Below are positions 27,666-37,778 of a stretch of DNA of 64,000 nt, in pieces. Source of the stretch: a virus (lineage: Duplodnaviria > Heunggongvirae > Uroviricota > Caudoviricetes); IMG/VR virus record IMGVR_UViG_2721755721_000001. One strand, given 5' to 3'. Position 1 is the first letter of the stretch, and each line of letters starts with the position of its first letter. Position numbers and translations under genes: made by a program. The notes beneath the pieces were generated by a model. It was not told the origin of the DNA and did no database searches. It saw only the letters and a program-made list of their open reading frames with translations.

Positions 27666-28424
27666 ATGAGTTGTAAGCCAATGTTATCATCTTGTATTGG
27701 GGTGGTTATGAAGGATGGTGCGCTGCTCAGGAGTTCTTCACTTTTTATTGCCTACATGGGATGCCTTGGATGGGGGAGTGCTTATTTCTATGGATGGGGT
27801 ACTTCTTTTTACTACGGCTTCCCATGGTGGATTGTAGGTGCAGGTGTTGATGATGTTGCCAGAAGTTTATTTTTTGCAGTTATCGTCATTGCTATATTTC
27901 TTATCGGTTGGGGTATTGGTGTTGTATTCTTTTTCGCAGTGAAAAGAAAACATTCTATGCAAGAGCTAAATGTATTTCGCCTTTATTTTGCTGTGGAATT
28001 ATTGTTTGTGCCGGCAATTATTGAGTTTTCTATATTGAGACAGAAGATTCAGGTACCTCTTTTGCTACTGTCAGCAGCGATTGCGCTGGCGGTTACAATT
28101 TCGATAAGATCTTATGGGCGATTTTTATCGGTATCATGCTTCTATGATAAGCCATTTATAAAAAAACATTTTTTTGAGATTGTGATGATTGCTTTTGTGG
28201 CATATTTCTGGCTTTTTTCATTTCTGACAGGATATTACAAACCACAGTTTAAGAAAGAATATGAAATGATTAATTATAATGATGATTGGTATTATGTTCT
28301 TGCTCGTTATGATAATTGTCTGGTTTTGTCTACTTCTTTCAATGCAGGTAGTAAAAGGTTTGTCATTTATCAATCAGCACAAGATAAGAATCTTCAGGTT
28401 GATATTGTAAGGACCAGAATTTAA
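27666..28424 (+). CDS. hypothetical multi-pass membrane protein (about 238-252 aa) in the stx/moron slot
   Basis: AT-rich ORF with at least five hydrophobic helices; likely start ATG 27709 after RBS GGGGTGG; possible own promoter TTGACG at 27641. Confidence 0.55.
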   Translation: MSCKPMLSSCIGVVMKDGALLRSSSLFIAYMGCLGWGSAYFYGWGTSFYYGFPWWIVGAGVDDVARSLFFAVIVIAIFLIGWGIGVVFFFAVKRKHSMQELNVFRLYFAVELLFVPAIIEFSILRQKIQVPLLLLSAAIALAVTISIRSYGRFLSVSCFYDKPFIKKHFFEIVMIAFVAYFWLFSFLTGYYKPQFKKEYEMINYNDDWYYVLARYDNCLVLSTSFNAGSKRFVIYQSAQDKNLQVDIVRTRI

Positions 28425-28557
28425 TTGGCTGCATAAATAATATTTTAAGTTGCAAGTTGGCTATTCGTAGGAATAGAACCTCAGGCATGCTGAATGCGTT
28501 TTCTGAACATTGTTTTATAAACTGTGTCTGCTTGCTGTTGTGATCCTGCTTTTAGTG

Positions 28558-28668
28558 ATGGTGATGATGGATTTCACCAGCAGGATAATGTTGGTACTGA
28601 CTGATGGCGCTCTGGTCTGCGGCATTGTGGTATTGCTGTGGCCGATGATGAAAGAACAGAATGAATAA
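28558..28668 (+). CDS. small hydrophobic ORF, 36 aa, not in supplied ORF track
   Basis: ATG 28558, TAA 28666-28668; MVMMDFTSRIMLVLTDGALVCGIVVLLWPMMKEQNE; 134 bp after the membrane protein gene. Confidence 0.3.
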   Translation: MVMMDFTSRIMLVLTDGALVCGIVVLLWPMMKEQNE

Positions 28669-28854
28669 TTCTTGACTTTTTTGTTTACTGTTTATTAAAA
28701 AACCAACCGCATGGTGAATCCTCCTTGGAGGGGCTAAATGATCGAGTTTTAAGGGCACGTAGCGAGTTCTGTTTGATCATTGCAGAACTTAGCGGGAGGC
28801 GCCATGCGTACATCACTAGTGTTATTCCTTTTATCATTTTCCTTGTGAGTTCTG

Positions 28855-28880
28855 GCTGCGCATTGCGCAGCTTTTTTTTA
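28855..28880 (+). terminator. intrinsic terminator upstream of nanS-p
   Basis: perfect hairpin GCTGCGCA-T-TGCGCAGC then TTTTTTTTA; preceded by a 14-codon ORF at 28804-28848. Confidence 0.6.
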
Positions 28881-28965
28881 TGACCTGCCACTGGCAGATG
28901 GTCATCCTGTGATTTGATTCCGGTTCCGGCTTTTTAACTCTGTTCCTGTACACGGGAGAAATTCG

Positions 28966-30816
28966 ATGTCGATTAAACATTACGATGTTGTCAGGGCGGC
29001 GTCGCCGTCAGACCTTGCGGAAAAGCTGACACACAAACTGAAAGAGGGCTGGCAGCCATACGGCGGACCGGTTGCCATTACGCCGTACACACTGATGCAG
29101 GCGGTGGCTATTGAAGGAGAGCCACAGGTCGGCCCTTCATCTGAGCCGGATTGGTACTACGTCATCGTACTGGCCGGGCAGTCCAATGCCATGGCTTACG
29201 GTGAAGGGCTTCCGCTGCCGGATTCATACGATGCTCCGGATCCGCGCATTAAACAGCTGGCGCGCCGCAGTACAGTGACGCCGGGCGGGGCTGCCTGCAG
29301 ATATAACGATATTATTCCGGCTGACCACTGTCTGCATGATGTGCAGGATATGAGTACGCTGAATCATCCGAGGGCTGACCTGAGCAAAGGGCAGTACGGC
29401 TGTGTCGGCCAGGGTTTACATATTGCCAAAAAACTGCTCCCGTATATCCCGAATAACGCGGGGATCCTGCTGGTACCATGCTGTCGTGGTGGTTCGGCAT
29501 TTACCCAGGGCGCGGAGGGGACATTCAGCGAGTCCACGGGGGCCAGTCAGGATTCGGCACGCTGGGGGGTGGGCAAGCCGTTATATCAGGATCTGATTTC
29601 CCGCACAAAAGCGGCATTGCAGAAAAATCCCAAAAACGTTCTGCTGGCCGTCTGCTGGATGCAGGGTGAGTTTGACATGAGCGCCGCCACCCACGCACAG
29701 CAACCTGCGCTGTTTACAGCCATGCTGACACAGTTTCGTGCTGACCTCTCCGTGTTTAACGCGCAGTGCCATGGTGGCAGCGCTGCAGATGTGCCGTGGA
29801 TTTGTGGTGACACGACGTATTACTGGAAAAATACATACGCTACCCAATACGACACCGTGTACGGCGGGTATAAAAACAGGGAGAGTGAGGGCGTTTATTT
29901 TGTGCCCTTCATGACAGACGGTAACGGCGTCAATACCGCCACTAACGCGCCGGCAGAAGATCCGGATATTCCGGCATCAGGATATTACGGTGCGGCATCG
30001 AGAACGAATGGAAACCAGGTATCATCAAACCGCCCGACACATTTCAGTTCATGGGCGCGCAGGAGCATTATTCCGGATCGTCTGGCAACCGCTATTCTGA
30101 ACGCAGCCGGGCGCACCTCAGCCTTCATCAGTGGTAAGGCACCGGAAATCAAACCCTCGCCCGGCGGCAACACACCATCGGGTCCGTCTGCAGATACGTC
30201 CGTTCGCACAATCTCCCTGCTGCCGACAGCCGGAGAGGCTGCTGCGCAGGGCTGGACCATTAAGGACGGCGGAATTCAGTTGTCGGGTGGTGTATTTAAG
30301 ATCGCCAAGCAGAGCAATAAAACCTGGTCCCTGACGCATCCGGTGGATGACGCAATTACCCTGCTGACACAGGGCGGCAGACTGACCTGTAAGTTCCGCC
30401 TGTCAGGCGCACTGACCAACAATCAGTTCGGGCTGGGGATTTATCTGTATACGGATGCTCCCGTTCCTGATGGTGTGGCGATGACGGGTACCGGTAATCC
30501 GTTCCTGATGTCGTACTTCACTCAGACCACTGACGGCAGAGTGAATCTGATGCATCACAGGAAAGCCGGAAACACGAAGCTGGGGGAGTTCGGCGATTAC
30601 GGTAACGACTGGCAGACGCTGGAGCTGGTGTTCACCGCCGGCAGTGCCACGGTTACTCCGAAACTGAATGGAGTGGCTGGCCCGGCATTCCAGGTTATAA
30701 AAGACAGTCTGACACTGGGACTGAATGCGCTGACGCTGACGGATGTTACAAAAAATGCAGCGTATGGCGTTGAGATAGAAAGTCTGGTGCTGGAGATAAA
30801 TGCACCGGCAGCATAA
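28966..30816 (+). CDS. nanS-p: NanS-p-type prophage esterase (N-terminal DUF1737-like plus SASA/sialate O-acetylesterase-like domain)
   Basis: 616 aa; architecture and position (between Q/stx slot and holin) as recalled for EHEC prophage nanS-p genes. Confidence 0.65.
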   Translation: MSIKHYDVVRAASPSDLAEKLTHKLKEGWQPYGGPVAITPYTLMQAVAIEGEPQVGPSSEPDWYYVIVLAGQSNAMAYGEGLPLPDSYDAPDPRIKQLARRSTVTPGGAACRYNDIIPADHCLHDVQDMSTLNHPRADLSKGQYGCVGQGLHIAKKLLPYIPNNAGILLVPCCRGGSAFTQGAEGTFSESTGASQDSARWGVGKPLYQDLISRTKAALQKNPKNVLLAVCWMQGEFDMSAATHAQQPALFTAMLTQFRADLSVFNAQCHGGSAADVPWICGDTTYYWKNTYATQYDTVYGGYKNRESEGVYFVPFMTDGNGVNTATNAPAEDPDIPASGYYGAASRTNGNQVSSNRPTHFSSWARRSIIPDRLATAILNAAGRTSAFISGKAPEIKPSPGGNTPSGPSADTSVRTISLLPTAGEAAAQGWTIKDGGIQLSGGVFKIAKQSNKTWSLTHPVDDAITLLTQGGRLTCKFRLSGALTNNQFGLGIYLYTDAPVPDGVAMTGTGNPFLMSYFTQTTDGRVNLMHHRKAGNTKLGEFGDYGNDWQTLELVFTAGSATVTPKLNGVAGPAFQVIKDSLTLGLNALTLTDVTKNAAYGVEIESLVLEINAPAA

Positions 30817-31183
30817 TAAAAAAAGAGCCAGCGACTGACCTGAAAGAAGACGCTGGCTAAAAGGCCTTATATGTTTGTAGAGACTTATTTTTCACAGACA
30901 GCAATGATGCCTGTCAATATATTATCAATATGCGGATTGTTTCAGTTACAGATGCTTTATTAAGGAAAAAAACAGCCAGCACTGACTTTCGGTGGAGAGG
31001 TGCTGGCTCAGAAGGATAGTTGGATTTCACATGATACTTATGCCTGGCGGTATATTTTCTGACAGACAGTGACGGGTGTTGTCAAGATATTGTGTCATTT
31101 ATAACCTGAATCAGGGGAGGCCGGAATGTTATCTGGCATTTTTAGCAGAGCCTGAATGCCATAATCACGGCTCCCGGAGTTGG

Positions 31184-31215
31184 CCGTCAGTGGGTGACAC
31201 TGGCGGTTTTTTTGT
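31184..31215 (+). terminator. hairpin/T-tract upstream of holin
   Basis: CCGTCAGTG-loop-CACTGGCGG then TTTTTTTGTTTTT. Confidence 0.45.
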
Positions 31216-31263
31216 TTTTCTTTACTTTCATTTTCTGTCGGCGGTGACGGAGACATACATCAG

Positions 31264-31470
31264 ATGGAAAAAATCACAACGGGTGTGTCATACACCACGT
31301 CAGCGGTGGGGACGGGATACTGGTTACTGCAGCTGCTGGACAAAGTCTCTCCGTCCCAGTGGGTGGCAATCGGTGTGCTGGGGAGTCTGCTGTTTGGCCT
31401 GCTGACGTATCTGACTAACCTTTATTTCAAGATTAAAGAAGATAAGCGTAAGGCGGCGCGGGGAGAGTAA
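31264..31470 (+). CDS. S: holin, phage 21 S-type (pinholin-like)
   Basis: 68 aa; [37 protein letters not shown] resembles S21 as recalled. Confidence 0.8.
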   Translation: MEKITTGVSYTTSAVGTGYWLLQLLDKVSPSQWVAIGVLGSLLFGLLTYLTNLYFKIKEDKRKAARGE

Positions 31471-31474
31471 AGCG

Positions 31475-31819
31475 ATGAAGAAAAAATACGAACTGGTTGT
31501 TAAAGGGATAAATAATTACCCGGATAAGATTACTGTTACTGTGGCACTGGAAATTGGTGGGTATCCGTCACTGTTGTTGCCAAATGTGGCGATTAGTCTT
31601 GACCGTACTGAAGGTGCCACGCTGGAGTTTTACGAAGCGGAGGCGAAAAAGCAGGCGAAGCAGTTTTTCATGGATGTTGCTGCCGGGTTATGTGAAGGGG
31701 ATGGTCCGTTGCCGGAAAAGCGGCCCATCATTTTAGAGGCGCAGGATGTGTTGATAACCTACAGAGGAAAACTACCGGGAATAATTACTGGTTCTCTGAA
31801 GACTCCACCGCTGGCCTGA
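31475..31819 (+). CDS. DUF1327-like lysis-cassette protein
   Basis: 114-aa ORF between holin and endolysin; family assignment from memory. Confidence 0.45.
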   Translation: MKKKYELVVKGINNYPDKITVTVALEIGGYPSLLLPNVAISLDRTEGATLEFYEAEAKKQAKQFFMDVAAGLCEGDGPLPEKRPIILEAQDVLITYRGKLPGIITGSLKTPPLA

Positions 31820-31869
31820 AGACTTAACATATCCAGGGATTTGAAATCGATAAACCCTGATAAATATCC

Positions 31870-32403
31870 ATGAACACCAAAATCAAATACGGCCTGTCGG
31901 CTGCCGTTCTGGCGCTGATTGCCGCAGGTGCGCCTGCGCCTGAAATCCTCGACCAGTTTCTGGATGAAAAGGAAGGTAACCACACCACGGCATACCGTGA
32001 TGGCGCGGGTATCTGGACCATCTGCCGCGGTGCCATCCTGGTGGATGGTAAACCTGTCGTTCCGGGCATGAAGTTGTCGAAGGAAAAATGCGACCAGGTT
32101 AACGCCATTGAACGTGATAAGGCGCTGGCATGGGTGGAGAAAAACATCAAAGTGCCACTGACCGAACCCCAGAAAGCGGGGATCGCGTCATTCTGTCCGT
32201 ACAACATTGGTCCCGGTAAATGTTTCCCGTCGACGTTTTACAGACGAATTAATGCAGGTGATCGCAGGGGAGCGTGTGAGGCGATTCGCTGGTGGATTAA
32301 GGACGGTGGCAGAGACTGCCGTATTCGCTCAAATAACTGTTACGGTCAGGTATCCCGTCGCGACCAGGAGAGTGCGCTGGCGTGCTGGGGAATTGACAGA
32401 TAA
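31870..32403 (+). CDS. R: SAR endolysin (T4-lysozyme-like, signal-anchor-release type)
   Basis: 177 aa; N-terminal weakly hydrophobic SAR segment YGLSAAVLALIAAGAPA; lysozyme-like body. Confidence 0.8.
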   Translation: MNTKIKYGLSAAVLALIAAGAPAPEILDQFLDEKEGNHTTAYRDGAGIWTICRGAILVDGKPVVPGMKLSKEKCDQVNAIERDKALAWVEKNIKVPLTEPQKAGIASFCPYNIGPGKCFPSTFYRRINAGDRRGACEAIRWWIKDGGRDCRIRSNNCYGQVSRRDQESALACWGIDR

Positions 32404-32701
32404 GCAGAATATTTTGCTGAAAAATGCGGTTTGCTCACACGGACGGATAACACGAAATCCTGAGAACTGACAAAAACTAAGTGAATAAAAGTAAAAACCC
32501 CATTTGTTGGCTGCAAGCGGGGTTTTGTGTTTCCTGACTCCGGAAAAGTCAAAGGAGAAAGTGTGTTTGATTTTAGCAAACTGATTCGGGAGATTCGAGT
32601 GATGGCTGAAAAATTATCCACCTGGAAGTTCATCCTTATCTGGCTGGTGTTTGTGATTATGGCCTCCGGTTATTTCATCGGTCAGATACGCTGGTGGTGA
32701 A

Positions 32702-33196
32702 ATGAACCGCGTACTGTGCGTGGTCATCATTGCCCTGCTGGTGGCCTGTGGTGCGCTTAGTCTGGGGCTGAATCATTACCGTGATAACGCCATAACCTAC
32801 AAAGAGCAGCGCGATAAAAAAGTCAGTGAGCTGGAGCTGGCAAATGCAACCATTACTGATATGCAGCAGCGCCAGCGTGATGTTGCTGCACTTGATGCCA
32901 GATACTCGAGGGAATTAGCCGATGCGAGAGCTGAAAATGAAACTCTTCGCGCTGACGTTGCCGCTGGTCACCGCAGCCTGCGGATCAACGCCACCTGTCC
33001 AGGTCCCGTGCGTGAAGCCACCGGCACCGCCCGCGTGGATAATGCAACCGGCCCCCAACTGGCAGACACCGTTACACGGGATTATTTCACCCTCAGAGAG
33101 CGGCTGATGACGATGCAGAAGCAACTGGAAGGGGCACAGGACTATATCCGCACTCAGTGTACTAAGCAGGCTTTTTATTATCCGGAGGATGTATGA
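32702..33196 (+). CDS. Rz: Rz i-spanin
   Basis: 164 aa; N-terminal TM, coiled-coil periplasmic domain; Rz1 embedded in +1 frame. Confidence 0.8.
   Translation: MNRVLCVVIIALLVACGALSLGLNHYRDNAITYKEQRDKKVSELELANATITDMQQRQRDVAALDARYSRELADARAENETLRADVAAGHRSLRINATCPGPVREATGTARVDNATGPQLADTVTRDYFTLRERLMTMQKQLEGAQDYIRTQCTKQAFYYPEDV
32937..33107 (+). CDS. Rz1: Rz1 o-spanin lipoprotein embedded in Rz
   Basis: [15 protein letters not shown] lipoprotein signal; Pro-rich mature part; nested in Rz. Confidence 0.7.
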   Translation: MKLFALTLPLVTAACGSTPPVQVPCVKPPAPPAWIMQPAPNWQTPLHGIISPSESG

Positions 33197-33417
33197 AGAA
33201 ATTACAGGTAACGGTAAAACCTTTTCAGGGAACAATTCCGTTCCGTGTTTTGCAACATGGCCGTGTTCTGCTTGAAGAGGTGTTCAGAGGTAAATGCACT
33301 GAATGTTATTCACGAACATATGAAGTGAATGCCACGCATGAAGAATTCACCGTTGAGTGTGTGATGAATACTGATAAATGCCGAATGGTATCCGCTGAAT
33401 TACAGCCAGTGTGTTGA
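33193..33417 (+). CDS. hypothetical small Cys-containing protein downstream of Rz
   Basis: 74-aa ORF conserved in both lysis cassette copies. Confidence 0.45.
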   Translation: MKKLQVTVKPFQGTIPFRVLQHGRVLLEEVFRGKCTECYSRTYEVNATHEEFTVECVMNTDKCRMVSAELQPVC

Positions 33418-33776
33418 GCGACCTTATTATCCATGCGCGGTATTGTCGCCGTATTCCTGCATTAACAGAGACCGCAGCCCGACAGGGCGACTCCTCTGCG
33501 GGAGTGTGCGGGGATAATCAAAAACGATACACACCGGGGTTTACCGCGTAAACGGAGCGCGGCGTTCTCCCCTCATGGTCGCCCGTCCGGTGCGATGGTG
33601 GAAGAAACTGGAATCTGTTCAATAAAAAAAACTGCCGTGTTGGAGTCACAGCAGTAATGTACTGATTGGGTAGAAGATTATTATTGTTATGCTTTATTCT
33701 TATTCTATATGGCTGATTATTTGGTAACCGGCTCATTTAAACCGTCTGGTCTGTTTCCTCCGGCTCTACAAAAATA

Positions 33777-34454
33777 ATGTCCATCATTTTTAATGGACAC
33801 TATCGTATGAAACACCGGACCTGGATCACTGAAGCTTTACGTCTTCACTTTGAAGAACATTTACCCCGGGTTGTGGCCGGGCGTCGCCTGAGTGTACCAA
33901 AATCAACAGTTTGTAGTATGTTCGTGCGCTTTCGGAGAGCTGGCCTTTCGTGGCCTTTGCCCGCAGGCATGTCGGAGCAGGAACTTGATGCCTGCCTTTA
34001 CGGACAATTTTCCACGGTACCAGTCGTACGTCCTGAAAGCACCGTTATATCCGAAGCCCCCGTGGTAAAAAAACGTCCCCGGCGGCCCAACTTCCCTTAT
34101 GAGTTTAAAATCGCCTTAGTGGAGCAGTCACTACAGCCCGGAGCCTGTGTGGCGCAGATCGCCCGGGAAAACGGAATCAACGATAACCTGCTCTTCAACT
34201 GGCGCCATCAATACCGGAAAGGTGGCCTGCTGCCTTCCGGAAAAAATATGCCGGCACTGCTTCCCGTGACGTTAACGCCGGAGCCGGATAATAAAATCCC
34301 GGCCCCCGCACAGGAACCAGAGCAGATAAATACACCGTCCGACAGTCTGTGTTGTGAGCTGGTTCTGCCGGCCGGAACTCTCAGGCTTAAAGGTAAACTG
34401 ACGCCGGCGTTATTACAGACACTTATCCGCGAAATAAAAGGGAGCAGCCACTGA
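33777..34454 (+). CDS. IS66-family accessory protein (orfA-like)
   Basis: first ORF of IS66-type unit; start possibly at MKHRT (33807). Confidence 0.6.
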   Translation: MSIIFNGHYRMKHRTWITEALRLHFEEHLPRVVAGRRLSVPKSTVCSMFVRFRRAGLSWPLPAGMSEQELDACLYGQFSTVPVVRPESTVISEAPVVKKRPRRPNFPYEFKIALVEQSLQPGACVAQIARENGINDNLLFNWRHQYRKGGLLPSGKNMPALLPVTLTPEPDNKIPAPAQEPEQINTPSDSLCCELVLPAGTLRLKGKLTPALLQTLIREIKGSSH

Positions 34455-34801
34455 TGATATCTCTCCCTGCAGGTTCGCGTATCTGGCTGGTTGCAGGTAT
34501 CACCGATATGCGAAATGGCTTTAACGGCCTGGCATCAAAAGTTCAGAACGTCCTGAAGGATGACCCGTTCTCCGGACACCTGTTCATCTTCCGCGGACGC
34601 CGGGGTGACCAGATAAAAGTGTTGTGGGCTGACAGTGACGGACTGTGCCTCTTCACCAAACGCCTGGAGCGGGGCCGCTTCGTCTGGCCAGTCACCCGTG
34701 ACGGCAAGGTGCACCTTACTCCGGCTCAGTTATCCATGCTTCTTGAAGGTATCAACTGGAAGCACCCGAAACGAACGGAACGCGCTGGAATCCGCATATA
34801 A
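34454..34801 (+). CDS. IS66 Orf2-like protein (TnpB)
   Basis: 115 aa MISLPAGSRIWLVAGITDMRNGFNGLASKVQ..., characteristic IS66 orfB. Confidence 0.85.
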   Translation: MISLPAGSRIWLVAGITDMRNGFNGLASKVQNVLKDDPFSGHLFIFRGRRGDQIKVLWADSDGLCLFTKRLERGRFVWPVTRDGKVHLTPAQLSMLLEGINWKHPKRTERAGIRI

Positions 34802-34820
34802 CCCGTTGTAAAGTGAGGAT

Positions 34821-36392
34821 ATGGACACCTCACTTGCTCATGAGAACGCCCGCCTGCGGGCACTGTTGCAGACGCAACAGGACACCATCCGCCAGATGGC
34901 TGAATACAACCGCCTGCTCTCACAGCGGGTGGCGGCTTATGCTTCCGAAATCAACCGGCTGAAGGCGCTGGTTGCGAAACTGCAACGTATGCAGTTCGGT
35001 AAAAGCTCAGAAAAACTTCGTGCAAAAACCGAACGGCAGATACAGGAAGCACAGGAGCGAATCAGCGCACTTCAGGAAGAAATGGCGGAAACGCTGGGTG
35101 AGCAATATGACCCGGTACTGCCATCCGCCCTGCGCCAGTCTTCAGCCCGTAAACCGTTACCGGCCTCACTTCCCCGTGAAACCCGGGTTATCCGGCCGGA
35201 AGAGGAATGCTGTCCTGCCTGTGGTGGTGAACTCAGTTCTCTGGGATGTGATGTGTCAGAGCAACTGGAGCTTATCAGCAGCGCCTTTAAGGTTATCGAA
35301 ACACAACGTCCGAAACAGGCCTGTTGCCGGTGCGACCATATCGTGCAGGCACCAGTACCTTCAAAACCCATTGCACGCAGTTATGCCGGAGCGGGGCTTC
35401 TGGCCCATGTTGTCACCGGGAAATATGCAGACCATCTGCCGTTATACCGCCAGTCAGAAATATACCGTCGTCAGGGAGTGGAGCTGAGCCGTGCCACACT
35501 GGGGCGCTGGACAGGTGCTGTTGCTGAACTGCTGGAGCCGCTGTATGACGTCCTGCGCCAGTATGTGCTGATGCCCGGTAAAGTCCATGCTGATGATATC
35601 CCCGTCCCGGTCCAGGAGCCGGGCAGCGGTAAAACCCGGACAGCCCGGCTGTGGGTCTACGTCCGTGATGACCGTAACGCCGGTTCACAGATGCCCCCGG
35701 CGGTCTGGTTCGCGTACAGTCCGGACCGGAAAGGTATCCATCCACAAAATCACCTGGCCGGTTACAGCGGTGTGCTTCAGGCCGATGCTTACGGTGGTTA
35801 CCGGGCGTTATACGAATCCGGCAGAATAACGGAAGCCGCGTGTATGGCTCATGCCCGGAGAAAAATCCACGATGTGCATGCAAGAGCGCCCACCTACATC
35901 ACCACGGAAGCCCTGCAGCGTATCGGTGAACTGTATGCCATCGAGGCAGAGGTCCGGGGCTGTTCAGCAGAACAGCGTCTGGCGGCAAGAAAAGCCAGAG
36001 CCGCGCCACTGATGCAGTCACTGTATGACTGGATACAGCAACAGATGAAAACACTGTCGCGTCACTCAGATACGGCAAAAGCGTTCGCATACCTGCTGAA
36101 ACAGTGGGATGCACTGAACGTGTACTGCAGTAATGGCTGGGTGGAAATCGACAACAACATCGCAGAGAACGCCTTACGGGGAGTGGCCGTAGGCCGGAAA
36201 AACTGGATGTTCGCGGGTTCCGACAGCGGTGGTGAACATGCGGCGGTGTTGTACTCGCTGATCGGCACATGCCGTCTGAACAATGTGGAGCCAGAAAAGT
36301 GGCTGCGTTACGTCATTGAACATATCCAGGACTGGCCGGCAAACCGGGTACGCGATCTGTTGCCCTGGAAAGTTGATCTGAGCTCTCAGTAA
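34821..36392 (+). CDS. IS66-family transposase (TnpC)
   Basis: 523 aa; N-terminal leucine-zipper-like region, CPACGG zinc motif, conserved catalytic core. Confidence 0.85.
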   Translation: MDTSLAHENARLRALLQTQQDTIRQMAEYNRLLSQRVAAYASEINRLKALVAKLQRMQFGKSSEKLRAKTERQIQEAQERISALQEEMAETLGEQYDPVLPSALRQSSARKPLPASLPRETRVIRPEEECCPACGGELSSLGCDVSEQLELISSAFKVIETQRPKQACCRCDHIVQAPVPSKPIARSYAGAGLLAHVVTGKYADHLPLYRQSEIYRRQGVELSRATLGRWTGAVAELLEPLYDVLRQYVLMPGKVHADDIPVPVQEPGSGKTRTARLWVYVRDDRNAGSQMPPAVWFAYSPDRKGIHPQNHLAGYSGVLQADAYGGYRALYESGRITEAACMAHARRKIHDVHARAPTYITTEALQRIGELYAIEAEVRGCSAEQRLAARKARAAPLMQSLYDWIQQQMKTLSRHSDTAKAFAYLLKQWDALNVYCSNGWVEIDNNIAENALRGVAVGRKNWMFAGSDSGGEHAAVLYSLIGTCRLNNVEPEKWLRYVIEHIQDWPANRVRDLLPWKVDLSSQ

Positions 36393-36422
36393 ATATCAAT
36401 ACGGTTCTGACGAGTCGCTTAC

Positions 36423-36713
36423 ATTACTGTTACTGTGGCACTGGAAATTGGTGGGTATCCGTCACTGTTGTTGCCTGATGTGGCGATTAGTCTTGACCGT
36501 ACTGAAGGAGCCACGCTGGAGTTTTACGAAGCTGAGGCGAAAAAGCAGGCGAAGCAGTTTTTCATGGATGTTGCTGCCGGGTTATGTGAAGGGGATGGTC
36601 CGTTGCCGGAAAAGCGGCCCATCATTTTAGAGGCGCAGGATGTGTTGATAACCTACAGAGGAAAACTACCGGGAATAATTACTGGTTCTCTGAAGACTCC
36701 ACCGCTGGCCTGA
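36423..36713 (+). pseudogene. 5'-truncated second copy of DUF1327-like gene (starts at IS66 junction)
   Basis: sequence after the IS right end aligns with 31527 onward of copy 1; N-terminal 22 codons missing. Confidence 0.7.
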
Positions 36714-36763
36714 AGACTTAACATATCCAGGGATTTGAAATCGATAAACCCTGATAAATATCC

Positions 36764-37297
36764 ATGAACACCAAAATCAGATACGGCCTGTCGGCTGCCG
36801 TTCTGGCGCTGATTGCCGCAGGTGCGCCTGCGCCTGAAATCCTCGACCAGTTTCTGGATGAAAAGGAAGGTAACCACACCACGGCATACCGTGATGGCGC
36901 GGGTATCTGGACCATCTGCCGCGGTGCCATTCTGGTGGATAGTAAACCTGTCGTCCCGGGCATGAAGTTGTCGAAGGAGAAATGCGACCAGGTTAACGCC
37001 ATTGAACGTGATAAGGCGCTGGCATGGGTGGAGAAAAACATCAAAGTGCCACTGACCGAACCCCAGAAAGCGGGGATCGCGTCATTCTGTCCGTACAACA
37101 TTGGTCCCGGTAAGTGTTTCCCGTCGACGTTTTATAAACGAATTAATGCAGGTGATCGCAGGGGAGCGTGTGAGGCGATTCGCTGGTGGATTAAGGACGG
37201 TGGCAGAGACTGCCGTATTCGTTCAAACAACTGCTACGGTCAGGTATCCCGTCGTGACCAGGAGAGCGCGCTGGCGTGCTGGGGTATCGACAGATAA
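36764..37297 (+). CDS. R: SAR endolysin, second diverged copy
   Basis: 177 aa, about 98 percent identical to 31870-32403 product. Confidence 0.8.
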   Translation: MNTKIRYGLSAAVLALIAAGAPAPEILDQFLDEKEGNHTTAYRDGAGIWTICRGAILVDSKPVVPGMKLSKEKCDQVNAIERDKALAWVEKNIKVPLTEPQKAGIASFCPYNIGPGKCFPSTFYKRINAGDRRGACEAIRWWIKDGGRDCRIRSNNCYGQVSRRDQESALACWGIDR

Positions 37298-37778
37298 GCA
37301 GAATATTTTGCTGAAAAATAAAGCATGGCCACGCGGGCGGATAACATGAAATCCTGCGAACTGGCGAAACGTAAGTGAATAAAAGTAAAAACCCCGTTTG
37401 TTGGCACCAAGCGGGGTTTTGTGTTTCTGACCTTGAGTAAGGCAAGGGAGAACATGGCGAAGTATAAACGAATTCTGTTGAGGTTGACCATGAAAAACGG
37501 CCTTGAACTGAAAGCGCCTGTAACTGATGACATCAGCAGAGCACTGGCTTTTGCCATTAAGTGGGTGGCGGTCGGTGTTGCTGTGTCCCCGATGCTGTAT
37601 GGGCTGGCAAAACTGGTCATTGCGTTGAAATCGTGAAGGGAGGATTAAGCATGTCAGACAAACTCATAACGCTGGCGAAGATCCTCTGTGTAATTGTCGG
37701 CATTTCATTTTCACTAATGCTGGTTGCTCTTTTTCTTTCCATGGCCTGGATGATGTTGTCTTCGTCGGGGCTGCTGGG

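Larger units (their letters stand above)
33724..36422 (+). mobile_element. IS66-family insertion sequence (three ORFs)
   Basis: imperfect terminal inverted repeats starting GTAA (left GTAACCGGCTC..., right end reverse complement GTAAGCGACTCGTCAGAACCG); three ORFs typical of IS66; no target-site duplication seen. Confidence 0.8.

Noticed and set aside
28552-28758. 68-aa minus-strand ORF ending in a His run
   Set aside because: Antisense to the small hydrophobic plus-strand ORF and to an ATG/GTG-rich stretch; no RBS; composition artefact
27430-28965. Searched the Q to nanS-p interval for stxA/stxB and the usual tRNA genes
   Set aside because: No ORFs with Shiga toxin A or B subunit features and no tRNA-like cloverleaf; the interval holds an unrelated membrane-protein gene
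35072-36283. Alternate-frame and antisense ORFs within the IS66 transposase gene
   Set aside because: Embedded in the well-supported transposase ORF; typical GC-rich overprinting artefacts
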